Shown: positions 1 to 15,425, counted from the stretch's first letter. The stretch is DNA of 64,000 nt from Trichoplax adhaerens (GCF_000150275.1 NW_002060943.1:6096008-6160007); one strand, 5' to 3'. Notes: generated by a model from the sequence alone, not told the origin. Program-made: numbers and translations.

Positions 1-47
1 CAACAACCATAAACTACTAAAGTACTCAATTTCTGAAATTGTGTAGG

Positions 48-210
48 TCATGCAACAATACTGAGTCAGGAACTCTTCAAGAGAAAATTTATTTTCTCAA
101 CCAGTGCTCCATACAATCCCATTCTTGATACTAGACTTATGACGTTTTTGTATTTTGAAAGAAATCGTGGATTGAGAGTGTGGGAAATATCGAAAAAGTC
201 CATGGCAGTT
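48..210 (+). other. possible internal exon of a gene entering from the left edge
   Basis: TGTAG acceptor at ~43-47 is followed by a stop-free frame of more than 50 codons (HATILSQELFKRKFIFSTSAPYNPILDTRLM...). No recognisable homology. Confidence 0.2.
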
Positions 211-1893
211 ACGTACAGTAGTATCAAATTTTTTTTAAACTACTACACACAGTAGAGATTACAAACTTCCAGGTTTGCCAATGATTAGGCTGTTGCAATT
301 TGGCGTTAATGTTTACTCCGTAAATGAATGAAAAACGTAGACAAGGTTGGGGCTCAAAACCAGACTGCAACAGGCTAGTACCGTATAGAGAATTCTCTGC
401 ACCTAGATGTCTTTGAACTATGCACCGGAATCATTTAATATTGACTAAAGCTAATCTTATTAATTAAATGGCTGTGTTGATATTCGAATGGCTAGGGTGT
501 TAAAATAATAAGATAGTATACCTCCCCAATATGTTGTAGTGCAACTAGTCTTAACTTGCAGCGTGCATACTTTACAGGTATTTTGTCTAAATTGCTCTAG
601 TCATTACAATATTGGCCTAGTCAATTAAGTAATAAATAGCATGACTTTGGCTAATTTTGAATGATCTATTATGCATCATGTAGTATGCATCCCGTTCACA
701 ATTGTGCCTAATCGTATCTACTGCATGACAGTGCATGTTTTTAAATATTTAGAATAGTACATTAGTAGACAAAGTTAACGGAACTACTAGTACTCTGTAG
801 TATCTATAGTGTTAACGAACAATTGATGTGCAGAATTTACAAAAATCAACCCTGTAAAAATAGTCCTGCTCTATAGATCAGCTTTCCAATTTCACATGTA
901 CTATGGTGCACAAACGACAAATATTGTATCACTTAGCATTGTATATTATACCAATAATATAATAGTCTAATTAATAGAATTCAAGTAATTTATACCTATG
1001 CACACTTATCTACAGCATGACACAATATCATGCATTAAAATTTCTAACAGCAAACAGAAACTCTTTTACAACACTATGAAATTACATCACCAGTTTAGTA
1101 CAGTATTTCCATTCGTGCATGAATTACAATAGAACAAAAAGAAAAAGAATTTCAATAGTTTTAATAATTTCCAGTAAACCTTTTAATCTACAAAAGCGAT
1201 GACAAAACGCATACGGACATTGATGTTGTGTGGAATTTTATAGGATACCACTTAGGCAATTGACCACAATATAAATTAAACAATATCAGAAATTGCCTCA
1301 AACTGCGCTCTGTATTTTATGCGGAGTCTATTCATGAATAGGTGTGATATCCGCTGAACTGAATATTTATTATATAGCACTTGGCAAGTTTGATGTGTTA
1401 TTTTCAAACCTTCGTGCAATTCGTCAGCAAAAGTATTCATCACTACTGCATATCGTCAAACACCCGAAAAGGTATAGTATTTATTGGCCAATTAGTAAAG
1501 AAAGCGATGACGCACATTCTGTTCCAGTGCAAGAATAACTTTGGAATCCCCAAGTATATATTATTTAGGATATCTGCTTTTGAGAGTATAATTGCCTCTT
1601 ATTAATATCTGCATGATTCATAAGATCTAACCGAGCTAGCTCATTGTCCAAATTTGACCCATAATTTACACTAGCTAACTTTGCGGTAATTGTATTATTT
1701 TACTTATGCTGATCTACGCGTATTTTCACATATAGGCATTAGTGTTATCATATTACTGCAGGGTTATCGATATTAGCAGCTCAAGATATTGATTACTACT
1801 TATAATTAGTTATATAGTACATAACAGTGCATATACGTATATATACAGGCTCTATATCAGGTTGATTTCACTTTGAAATATTAAGCCACGATA

Positions 1894-2748
1894 ATGAAGA
1901 AAGCCTTGAAAAAGACTAAGAGAGCAGTTAGTAGGAAACTGCTTAAGAAATCTGACAAGCATACCCTGGAAGCAGCTACGGATGCACAAGATGATGAACG
2001 AGCAAGAGCCCTTGAAGCGAGTGATGCTAGTATCGTTAATGATGAACTTAAGGTCAACTTGAACAAAATTCAAGACGAGAAAACTAGACAATCGATGGTG
2101 CCCGAATTTGCCGAGGTGATATGTGAATTTCGCGAATCGTATAACACATACAATCCGTTTGAAAGCTATAGCCCAATCAAGATATTTCAAACAGTTGAAG
2201 ATGAAGCAGAAAATGATATAGTTGGTCAAGAGGGGATAACTGACTTCAGCAATGATATGATCGAGAGTTTAAATAATAGATCTGTCTTGAACACAATGGA
2301 AGGAGACGCTTTTGCAGGTAGGTAAAACGATATACTTTTTATTATCATAAAAAAAATCTAAAAATTGATTCTTGTACATTTATTTTCGTTAGCTCAAATT
2401 CCAGAAATTACAGAGGAGACAAGTGAACACCTAAAAGATGAAGATCCTGACGGTCATCAACTACCGATTTGTGAAACAGCTGATGTCATGTTTGAACATG
2501 AAGAGGTTGCAAGCGTAGCCCCTGATTCCTTTAAAAACGAGCAAGGATTAAGACAGGAAGACCAATGTCACTTAGATAAAAATCATAAGCGAGAGAAGTC
2601 TAGTGATGAGCTTCTGGAATGTAGTCAAGAAGTAATCAAGGAAAATCCTCTAAATAATACTACATCGCCAATTTATGAACCTCATGAAAATCCAAAGAGA
2701 ACTTTTACCTCGGTTTGGTGGAGAATTTTTTTAAGGTGCTGCTACTAA
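1894..2748 (+). CDS. uncharacterised acidic/disordered protein, 2 exons, ~259 aa
   Basis: ORFs 1894..2325 and 2365..2748 join in frame through a GT-AG intron at 2318..2392 (GCAG|GTAGGT ... CGTTAG|CTCAAA). Basic N-terminus, Glu/Asp-rich body, C-terminus WWRIFLRCCY. Confidence 0.65.
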
Positions 2749-4606
2749 AAGCACAAAATCGTTAACAGCGAATGAATATATCAAATAAACGAACTCTGTA
2801 GAAGTTATCGGTTTTCATCACCACTTTTTTTTGTTACTTATAGGTTTAGCTACCTCAATATAACTTAAATCACAGTGTATCACCTTCGAAATTTAAAGTT
2901 GGAATTTACTTCAGTGAATAAACTTTGGTCATTGCTAAAACACAGTTTAGTCTCTAATTTAAATTATGCTAAGCCAAGAAACATAGAAATAAGATATGGA
3001 ACTGTTCTTAATCGAAATCGTTGATATTTAGCTGATTTACACATGAAATAATTGAAAATTTTTCCGTATCATTCTATTTGCAGCTGTTGTAAACTTGACA
3101 TATCACCTGAAGAAGGGCTTTATTGAACTTATCTGTTTAATATTTATACGGAGTATTCTGCCATTACAACAGACTACGTAATAGAATATTAATTATTTGC
3201 TTAATTATACTTAGCTGATATAACTTCAAAACTTTTAAGCTAAATGTTCGACATCCAAATTCAAAGACGGCAATAAATTTCTGTAGACAATGATGAAATT
3301 TCTATAAAGTACAGTTATTGATTATATTTAGATACGCTTAAAATTTAAAATGCTAGCGATAGTTGCCTTTTAACATATCCTTTATGTAAATATCGCTGTA
3401 GTATTGCTATGTACTTGTAAATCTGCAATCTTTGGAACGATCAGTAAGTGAACCCTAATATTTAATATTCTGCTTTATCTTGATGTAATTACTGCAAGAG
3501 ATCGACTATGATAAACGAATGGACTGTAACTTGCAATGATAGTTCTATTCAAATCAATATCCACGTAAGTTTATGTGTATACTGTGGATCATATTCTTAG
3601 TCGATATAAATGCTAATGCCAATTGGTCTTGCTCTCTTTTGAGGTTCGGTTGCGATGCCTCTCTTAAATAGACATTATATCACTATAGTAAAAGTAATAT
3701 AATCGCCGAAAATATAGAAAAAAAGGGTGTGTAACTTACACGGAGTCATTTACGAACTTCGATATGAAATTTATTTATAGTGGATAAGCTAAACCGCCAT
3801 TAAGCTATTTATTGCTAATTGTAATTATAACCAGTAGCTTTTGCAACTATTTCACTCGCGAGTCAACGTGATCTGCAATTTTGTGGACTTTGAACAAGTT
3901 AGATTGGTCAAGTCAAAATCCATAAATGGGTAGATATCATTGCCTAATACATGTGTTACCGTGTTAGTCCATTTGTGCTATGCTACCGCCTATATAATAT
4001 ATCACCAATAATTTAGTCAATAAATAATCATGCACTGATGATACAACAGTTGTTATAGGTAATTACCTAGGTCGACTACATCATTAATCCATATAGATTA
4101 GTAAAAAACATATGTATCGTCTGCTTTTAATTCTAGATTTGATAATAGCGAATAAATCGTTTGACCTATAAATCTACAGAACCAGCATGCAAAGACTTTA
4201 AGTAAAAGCTGTAACATAAATCATCATAGGTTTAAATCCTACTGTGTTTGCATTTTAGAGAAAATATCGTCAGCCACTCCCCAATGATATTAAATTCACG
4301 AATAAAAATCCAATTTTAAACGCAATTTAATCTGACAATGCAGAGCATTTTTATTCAAATACTTATTTCTAAATTAAACCATCAAAAAGATACATGACGG
4401 ATTATTGTTTAAAATATACGCAGGATAAAAGACTTCAATCTAACCAGTAAATCTAACTGGTTACAACACAAGATAGTAACGGATAGATTGTTAATGCATT
4501 CAGATTGTGCTAACTATTAACCAATTCAAACTATTTCAAAGTCACAATATTACTAAAACATCATACGAGTTTTACTGACAATTCTGATGATAACTTGAAA
4601 TTTAGC

Positions 4607-4903
4607 TTATAGAACTTGTTTAGCTACAATCCGCTTGAACTTGAGCTTGTCCCCAAATTGACCTAGATCCCCCTTCAATTTAGAAGCTGATGCTTCGATG
4701 AAACCTTTGACACTCTCTACGCTATCAGCGGTCGCCACAATGACGAAATGTGTGCTATCCCCAGTATCACCCACATCTTGATAAAGGTTTAGAGTTTTGA
4801 AGCCAGGTGAGCTGGAAATATCTCCTGCATTTGTTTTGAACCAATCTACAGCCACGCTAGATACGCTGTTATCGACCGTAACATCTACGTGATAAAGAGC
4901 CAT
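4607..4903 (-). CDS. small intronless dimeric alpha-beta barrel protein, DUF4286/ABM-like (98 aa)
   Basis: ATG at 4903 in AAAATGG context; GC is higher than the flanks. MALYHVDVTVDNSV...DWFK...SPGF...FVIVATADSVESVKGFIEASASKLKGDLGQFGDKLKFKRIV follows the DUF4286 pattern as I recall it (Y-x-V-x-x-x-V, W, PGF, xFGDK...R). Confidence 0.7.
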   Translation of the reverse strand: MALYHVDVTVDNSVSSVAVDWFKTNAGDISSSPGFKTLNLYQDVGDTGDSTHFVIVATADSVESVKGFIEASASKLKGDLGQFGDKLKFKRIVAKQVL

Positions 4904-7900
4904 TTTATTGTAGTGTGTTAAGATGTTGAATGTCAAGACGATTGCAGAATTGGATACCAGGAATGGACACAGATTCACCTAGGGCTAGCCGAGAGAATGT
5001 AACAAATTGAGGGCAGAACTGACCTTTAAATCTTACAGCGACAAATCAATGCATATGCGCAATAATTTCAACTTGCTGGGAGTCTTATTTGTTTATACTA
5101 TTTCATATGACTTTATTTACATTACTAATTAGATACTGTGCTAGTATACTTTGACCAACGACCCTGAACATCAAGATGTATATGTACAGTAATAATAAAT
5201 AAGCCATGAACACTGATCTAGATGGCACGTAAAATCATTTTGAAGAAATCATTGGCATTGTCATTTTATTAGCATTAGAGGACAACAATTATGCTATTCA
5301 AATCGCTTGCCAAAAACTAATATTAGCGAAGTCTTTGTATGCAATATTGCGAAAGGGTTACGTACCGCGGTATCCAATTTAATTCAAATATTGATAAGAG
5401 GAATAGTCTAGATTTAGTTTTGATCACGGGTTAGAAGTCTGCCCCCTCTATCCCGTTCATAGTTTAGTATAAATAAAATGTACTTTGCTCACTGTAAAAG
5501 AAATACCATGTGGAAGCAACCTACTTCCATCAGATTGACGGTTCAATTGTAACGCTATTTATTATTATACAATAAAGCAAAAACTGCAAATCTGCCATTA
5601 AAATGAAGTACCTATGTCAGCTTTAATGCTTGCGTTGCTTTGCAATGTTAGATAAGTCTAATGTTGATGTCTAGCTAAAAAATCTGCAACATATCGAAAA
5701 AATTCATATGCTGTAGACTTATTTTGCAATGTCATGGGTTAATGGATTAATTATTTTTCTATTCTCAGGGTAGCAATCATCGTATCTACTGTTGATTTTA
5801 TCTTTTTTTCATCAAATAGCATCTATCATTAGCATATCGATGTTATTCTTAATTGTTTACATTATCGATATTTTCTTAAACTTTTTCTGGAGTTTCAAGG
5901 TGAAGAAGATATATTTCTTTGCGAACCATCTATAAACATTAAAAACTGCTAACATCGCCCGCTCACAAAAGAGCTGCCAAAGTATATGCTAATATGACAT
6001 TATATATAGCATCTTTGTAGCATTACCATTAATGTACAAGCTAATAGATCTCTTAATTCTTATAAGTCACTCCTATAAAATACCTGACTTAATATATTTG
6101 CATATAATTAAATAAAGTCCCGTAATTAAGTAACACCACAAAGTGCTATCCGCGTATACGAAGTGAGCTTTGTGATCCTTAACTTCATTACTGTGTTACT
6201 ACTATATGGCATCAAATAATAGTCGTTTACGTTCAACTATATCTAGTCCTTCCTGATTAGACTATCAGGCTTCTGGTCATAGTTTAAGATTATACAATAA
6301 ACAGGTTCCGTTCATAAGACTAACAGCCTATTCTGCAGCTTTTATCAAAGGTAAAATTCTTCAAGCGATTCAGCGCCTAAAGAATTGAGATACCATTGCA
6401 TGCATTAAAAAATTTTATGCTAGTCGTTTAATCCTGATTTTTGATCTCAAATATTTCAATTCTTGATTCAGGATGTGCATATTTTAAGCAATATTGTATT
6501 GTGTTCGTAGCAATTTGCTAACAATATATAGTACATAATTATCTTTAGTGTTAAGTTTCGCAATATAAATTTAAAAGTGCGATCGATAAGCATTTCTGCT
6601 CAAAAAACTGACATTTCCACTGAAATGACCTCAGGTAATTGCAGTGGCACAGTATGTGGCTAATAGATGAAATGGTGCAGTTGTACTGCTTCTAGTATGA
6701 GACTAGCAATAGCATGAGACTATAGTATTACACGCTCATTACATCCACGTACCCATACGTAGCGAGAATAAAAATTATTAACAGATTCTCGGTGTTTTAA
6801 AATTGAAGAAATATTGCTAGAAGAGTTTCTAAATTTCATTTGTTCCTATGTAAAATTTAAAAGCCACTGAAAGAGGGCAAATATAAAAATTTAATTAATA
6901 CAAAAAATCGTGTGCTAATCAGCTGAGTTGATTACATTATTGTTATGTCTGAAGATTATACACGTTCTAGGCATTTTTTGTATCACTTTATGTGCATTTA
7001 TGAAAAGATTACGTGGTATTAGTTAAAATAATCAGACTACAATTGTTAACGATTATCAATTTTTGATAATTACGAAAGATTAATCGGAGTTAGAAACCCC
7101 ATCGACAAAATAATAAATATCATTATGGTTTGATAGTATAACTACATATGATTGCAGGTAACTATTACTGGAACTGGTGCAAATTTTAAATAAAAGCTAT
7201 GCTGGTATTAACTAATTATTTTATTAATCATGCCCAGTAATACCATAGTAAGACTGACAATGAAACAATTGCGAAGTATTTATTAATCAGGGTTAGAATC
7301 CTGGAGACTGTATAGTAAATATTATCATTTACGAGACAGTTGTTCGTGGTTTAAGACATCAAACAGAGGACATAATGTAAACCTTTCAGAAATACTTAGT
7401 CGACCGTCTGTACGATTATTTATATGAAGCAAATTAGTATAAAATAATAATTTTATTGCAGATGCATACTGCATAGTGTGGCATTGACATCTTCCCAAAA
7501 GTGATAATTGCTGAGAATGTTCCCTCGAGAGATTCAGAGAATTTTAATTCTGAATTTACCGCTATGTTAAATACAAATACTAGAGTGAAGTTTATTTGCA
7601 TATTCAGGACTCTATTACAAAGTTATGAAGCTTAAGAAAGTCTGCATTGAATAATGCATTAACTTCTAATCTTTTAAATTCGATTCTTTTAATATTATCT
7701 CAACTATAAGTAGTTATTTTGCTGTACGGCATTTTAATTACATTAATCTTTGTTAAAAAGATGATTTAGCTGTTATCATATGCACTTTTATAAAATTTCT
7801 TCGTTTAAATTAAGTGCTACTCATTCACGAACTAGTGGTATATTGAAAGCTAGGCGTTAAGCATTCATGTGTATCTGGATTAAACAATCAAAAACATATC

Positions 7901-8784
7901 AGAAATAATCTGAGTTTGTTTCCTAGAAATGAAATACCGGACTAAATATAATCAAGAAAGGTAATCAGTTTGATGGCAAAGAAAAAGTAACACTTATCAC
8001 CTTAATACTACTAAAAAATGTTGCATTCGGTCTCCTTTTTAGACATTCGTATCTTATGTTACTAGATCTTGTGCAGGTGATTACCTGCACATTAGTGTAT
8101 GTTTTCAATGAGTTAAATCAGTAATTCTAGATCACATACATAAAATTCTAGCTGCTACTCGTAAAATTCGAATTATAACATTCATCAGCTTAAAATTTGA
8201 CCAAAAGCACTATTGTTCGATTTATTATGATGCTGTAACGACGAGGATCTTATTTGAGTAAGATATTATTAGCAAAAACATACAGACAGTTTAAGTAAAT
8301 TATTCTAATTAGTTAAAATTTATTTACGCTTTAAAAATCTTGTAAAATTTACTATAAATGTTTCAGACAATAAAGCAACCAAATGGGAATATATACACCG
8401 ACGCTCCAAAATTCATGATGGCAAATTTACCATCTATAGATTTGGATTAAATCATAAGTATCTACATTTCCAAAGACAAACATTGAGAACATGTTTCTTC
8501 TACAAAATCGTAAAATTCTATATCTAATTATAGCTTATTAAGCGACATACTTATATTAATATTAATATTTCATTCGATTATTGATATCAAACGTATCTAA
8601 CTATTGTAACTCCGAGAAATGGTTCTATTGATCAATTTTCACAGCGAATAATTTATGGTAGTTTTTGATGCATATCAAATAAATTATCATAAATTGCACA
8701 GCATTTAGTACCGATACTGTTAGGAGTAAAACGATTACAATAGGGTAAATTTATTTTATTTATTTCTACTCCATCAGTATAAAG

Positions 8785-10185
8785 TTATTTTGCATATAGC
8801 CTTTTAAAAGATTCTATGCAATCCACAATAACATGATCCAGTTTAATACTAAACGTACCCGCAAATAAGAAACCAGCATGTTTCTCATCATAAATCCATT
8901 TTAAATCACCAGAGCCATAGGTGCAGATGTTGTTAATGTTCCAACTTCCATGACAGGCAATATTATCTGAGCGCTTTTTTACTAAGCGAATATTATAATC
9001 ATAAGTCTTGCTAGATTCTTTGTGACCATAGCCTCCAGGTATATCAGATATCCTTTGTAAAGTCGCCCAATAATAAATCTCCGGCTTACGAACATTCTTT
9101 AAGTAATTTTGTAGTTCACTAGCTATTGAGTTTTGAATAACAAAATTGCAAAATGACGACGTAGCTATAAAAATGTCATCGCCTACGTAGAGTTTTCCAC
9201 CAGTGGCTTGTTTCAGCTTCTCAACATTAACAGCTGGAACATTACTTGGCGTTTTTGAATTCGATTCAGTAGCAGGCGTTTTTTTACTGATTATTTCTTT
9301 ACTTGCTCTTGAATTGATAGCATTGTATCCATTTAAAGACTTTAAATACTGTACTAACTTCAGATTAGTTACCAATGGATAGTCGTTATCTTGGATATTA
9401 ATGTAATATTTCCATTTGTAATTTCGCAATTTTTTTATACACTGAAGATCTGAATCTATCTTCTTATGCTCGTCATGAACCACATCGGGCAATTTAACAA
9501 CATGGACATTTTTTAAACAGTTTGCTATATTAACCATAGCCTGGTGAAATGGCTTTGATAATTGACTGGATAATTTCAAGCAGTAGTAATTATACGGTCG
9601 ATATATCCTGTGTAAGAATTGTTCAGTCTGCTCTCCTCCTTCATTAATATATACTCCGAAGGATATAGGATATTCTTCCTCTTCGCGCTGATTTTTTGTC
9701 GCTTCGTGAGCGTAGGAATCATAAAGTTTGTTGTCACATACTTCAGTTAGCTCTCGTAAGACTAGATCATTCAAATATGTACGGTTACTTGCTAGTGATA
9801 GAGTTTTTTTAATAAATTGCACTTCTTCTGGAATTCCATGACGTATTGCTTGACATTTAGGCTTTCTTTGGCCAAATCGATCGAAAGTTTTGCTGTAATA
9901 CCATTTATTTGGAACAACAGAATATAATGGTGGGGGGAAAGAGAAAGTTTTCTTTTTTTTAGTCGGTTTAGGTTGAGTTTTAGTGGCGCGATCGTCGCGC
10001 TTCAATTTTTTTGTAGACGATATCGAAAGCGTATCATTAAGAGAAGGCTTTTTTTTCTCGGTAGTCATAGAATTAATAAAGTTATTTATAGTCCAGGGAG
10101 TTTGTTTCGGATGGGTTAGCCAAGAAAATATAACTAAAGCGATAGTTCCGATAATTATTAAGATAAAAAAATTGCGAGTTTTCAT
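8785..10185 (-). CDS. GCNT: core-2/I-branching beta-1,6-N-acetylglucosaminyltransferase-like (GT14), single coding exon, 466 aa
   Basis: Type II membrane topology (MKTRNFFILIIIGTIALVIFSWL). GCNT motifs EEEEYPISF, IYRPYNYYC, CLKNV, DLQCIKKL, WKYYIN...DYPLVTN, WATLQRI..IPGG, CHG....ICTYGSGDL. Real start is probably the ATG at 10185 rather than the ORF-track start at 10248. Confidence 0.88.
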   Translation of the reverse strand: MKTRNFFILIIIGTIALVIFSWLTHPKQTPWTINNFINSMTTEKKKPSLNDTLSISSTKKLKRDDRATKTQPKPTKKKKTFSFPPPLYSVVPNKWYYSKTFDRFGQRKPKCQAIRHGIPEEVQFIKKTLSLASNRTYLNDLVLRELTEVCDNKLYDSYAHEATKNQREEEEYPISFGVYINEGGEQTEQFLHRIYRPYNYYCLKLSSQLSKPFHQAMVNIANCLKNVHVVKLPDVVHDEHKKIDSDLQCIKKLRNYKWKYYINIQDNDYPLVTNLKLVQYLKSLNGYNAINSRASKEIISKKTPATESNSKTPSNVPAVNVEKLKQATGGKLYVGDDIFIATSSFCNFVIQNSIASELQNYLKNVRKPEIYYWATLQRISDIPGGYGHKESSKTYDYNIRLVKKRSDNIACHGSWNINNICTYGSGDLKWIYDEKHAGFLFAGTFSIKLDHVIVDCIESFKRLYAK

Positions 10186-12036
10186 ATTTATAATGTATAG
10201 ATAACGACACCAATATCCAACTATCTGTACGCAGAAATAAATTCTCAATTGCTGCTTTACAATCCTATATAGCGTACTTTTATTTGTCGCAGATTTAGAA
10301 TGTAAGTATCAATAAATGCTATTATTTCAGAGTCAATAGAATCCAGATGTTGATAGCTGAAAAATAAGTTACTTTATCTCGACTTGCAACAGATTTCAAG
10401 TGCTGTTCAGCCCTATAATTTAATTGATATTATAATGAATCGAAAAAATTAACTCAGAAATTTTGTAAAGGATTCGTTACTATAAGTTGTGCTTTACCGA
10501 TAGATATAGCATATTACATCAATCTTATATTTCAATGATTCAAGCGATAAACTTTTAGACTCACTTTAAAATATCAAAAATACTTTTTATATTAGTTCCT
10601 GAAATGTCAGCCGATCTACATAATGCGGAATCTACAAAACAATAATTAATTCAATTCTGTAAAAATATGTTACTCTACAGACTATACATTATTAGGTCGT
10701 GCCTACTAGCCGTATACGACGGTCGATCAGGTAGTATATCGTAATTTCCAATCAATATTTTAAATTAAAGTGATTTTTATTATTGGATTAAAGTTAATCC
10801 AGTTTTAACATACTGTATCTTCATGGCCATACCTTGAATAAGTCAATCCTACAAGTATTTGATTGCATATGCTGCGATAGATGCAGCTGTTGCCAAAATA
10901 TTATATTTTCGTATGCTTTGTTCTAAACTTAGCCTTAGATTGGTAGCGTAATTTCATCCTTGGTAAAAAATTAGTGTATAGAAGTACCGTATGTTTATCA
11001 ATTTTGGGCATGTTTAAAATTAAGCGAGCATGATTTCAGCAGAGAACAACATCCTCATTGTCATTTTAGAATAGGTCGACGAGACATTATTCAGGCGTAA
11101 TCTACTGATCATACCTTGTCTTCTGATTCACTATACTAACAATATAATTTTTGAGTAAAAAGTACGAAAAATTTATTTGTGGTAATCATTTCCAATTTGC
11201 ATGCAGTTTCGTATTTTAAAATAGAATTTATTTTGTCTGATCTAGTTTAGTCTGTCAACTTGACTGAAGTACTCCATCGAATCCTACCCTATCTTATCTG
11301 TCTTCTATCATGTCCATAACCAATATACAGTGCTGTATGAAGCTAATATCTGTCAAAATTCGAGTTTCACGTCGTCCATCTAGGATAAATTTCGATTATT
11401 GTACTTTTACAAGGCGAAGGACAGGTTATGAATACTGTAGTACAGGCAGGATATGTTAGCTGAATCAATAGCCGCGTATCTACACCAAATGTGATGATTG
11501 CAGTTTGATAAAGTACGAGAAAAGTACTACACATTAAAAAGTACGGTAAGAATGGCTGGTATACAGTACTATAATGCATACTAGAGGCTAACATCTATAC
11601 TTACTCTATCAAGTTCTAGATTGAATTTGTTCACTATAAATTCATTTAGTTAGGTACAGACTTTATGCCACAGTAAAGTACATTCGTTCTTATCCTAAAC
11701 TGCTGCTGACGTCTTCACGGCAGTCTACTAGTATAATATAATTGAAGGACTGGCAGAATCCACTCCATACGCTATATTCCGCGTCATGGACCGTGCTGGT
11801 ATTGATAGCTATAGCAAGTTCTCTGTGGCAGTGATTCCGTGGTATCTCCTTCCACTGTTAAATCATTTATTGTGACAGAAATTTGTCAACTTAATTCATC
11901 GAGTTTAACATTTGATTCTTGAACTTTTTTCAACTTTGCGACAGTTATATTGCCAGACATGATCATGGCTAAACTAATTTTAACAATAGATTGTCATGTC
12001 TCTCTCTCGAAGGGTCTCTAGGCTACACGATCGTGA

Positions 12037-12292
12037 AATGTGGTGAAATCGGCTACTGCAATAATTATAATTACATTCAGTCGTGATGTGTTAACCTTAA
12101 TAAAGTGAAATCGGCTACTGTAATTATTACAATTACATTCAGTCGTGATGTGTTAACCTTAATGTGGTGAAATCCGCTACTGTAGTTATTATAATTACAT
12201 TCAGTCGTGATGGTTTAACCTTAATAAAGTGAAATCGGCTACTGTAATTATTATAACTACATTCAGTCGTGATGTGTTAACCTTAATAAAGT
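12037..12292. repeat. minisatellite, 4 x 62-bp tandem units
   Basis: Unit GTGAAATCGGCTACTGTAATTATTATAATTACATTCAGTCGTGATGTGTTAACCTTAATAAA starts at 12043, 12105, 12167 and 12229, with few substitutions. Confidence 0.95.
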
Positions 12293-12349
12293 AAAGGTTA
12301 ATTACCCATACACACCAAGAGTGGGTAGTATGAATCTGCACGTGCGCTG

Positions 12350-12552
12350 CTACAGTACATAACTGTCCGCTCAGCTTCCTGTACTGTACAGTGTACAGTA
12401 TGAATTCAGAAAGTCAAAGTCGAACAAGTACTGTACACTGTACACTGTAGAGTACTGTTATAACGATCTCTGTGCTGTACCGTACAGTGTACAGTGTACA
12501 GTATACAGCGCTGTACTGTACATTCTGTACTGTATCTAGAGGTACAGTACAG
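12350..12552. promoter_or_regulatory. cluster of TACAGTA/CTGTACA motifs with palindromes just upstream of KRR1
   Basis: Dense run of (C)TGTAC(A)/TACAG elements. 19-bp palindrome at 12382..12400; 21-bp perfect inverted repeat at 12429..12449 / 12483..12503. Lies ~120-320 bp before the KRR1 ATG. Confidence 0.45.
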
Positions 12553-12672
12553 CACCAAAACTGAATCTTGAATTGGAGGCTTGAAGATCTCCAGAAATTT
12601 TCGCTCTTCTAATGCTATCTGCTATCCGCCATTTCAATCAATTGATTGTTTAAAAGTAAATTGCACGTTAGT

Positions 12673-15425
<2,753 letters not shown>

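Noticed and set aside
1852-2229. Minus-strand 125-aa and 61-aa ORFs
   Set aside because: Antisense shadows of the 1894..2748 gene, with no independent coding signal.
8070-8091. Small hairpin TGTGCAGGT-GATT-ACCTGCACA (similar short palindromes at ~4067, ~4441, ~50093)
   Set aside because: Stems of 7-9 bp are expected occasionally by chance in 64 kb, and there is no supporting context.
12037-12292. CRISPR array interpretation of the regularly spaced repeats
   Set aside because: The units are contiguous near-identical 62-mers with no unique spacers, there are no cas genes, and the context is eukaryotic.
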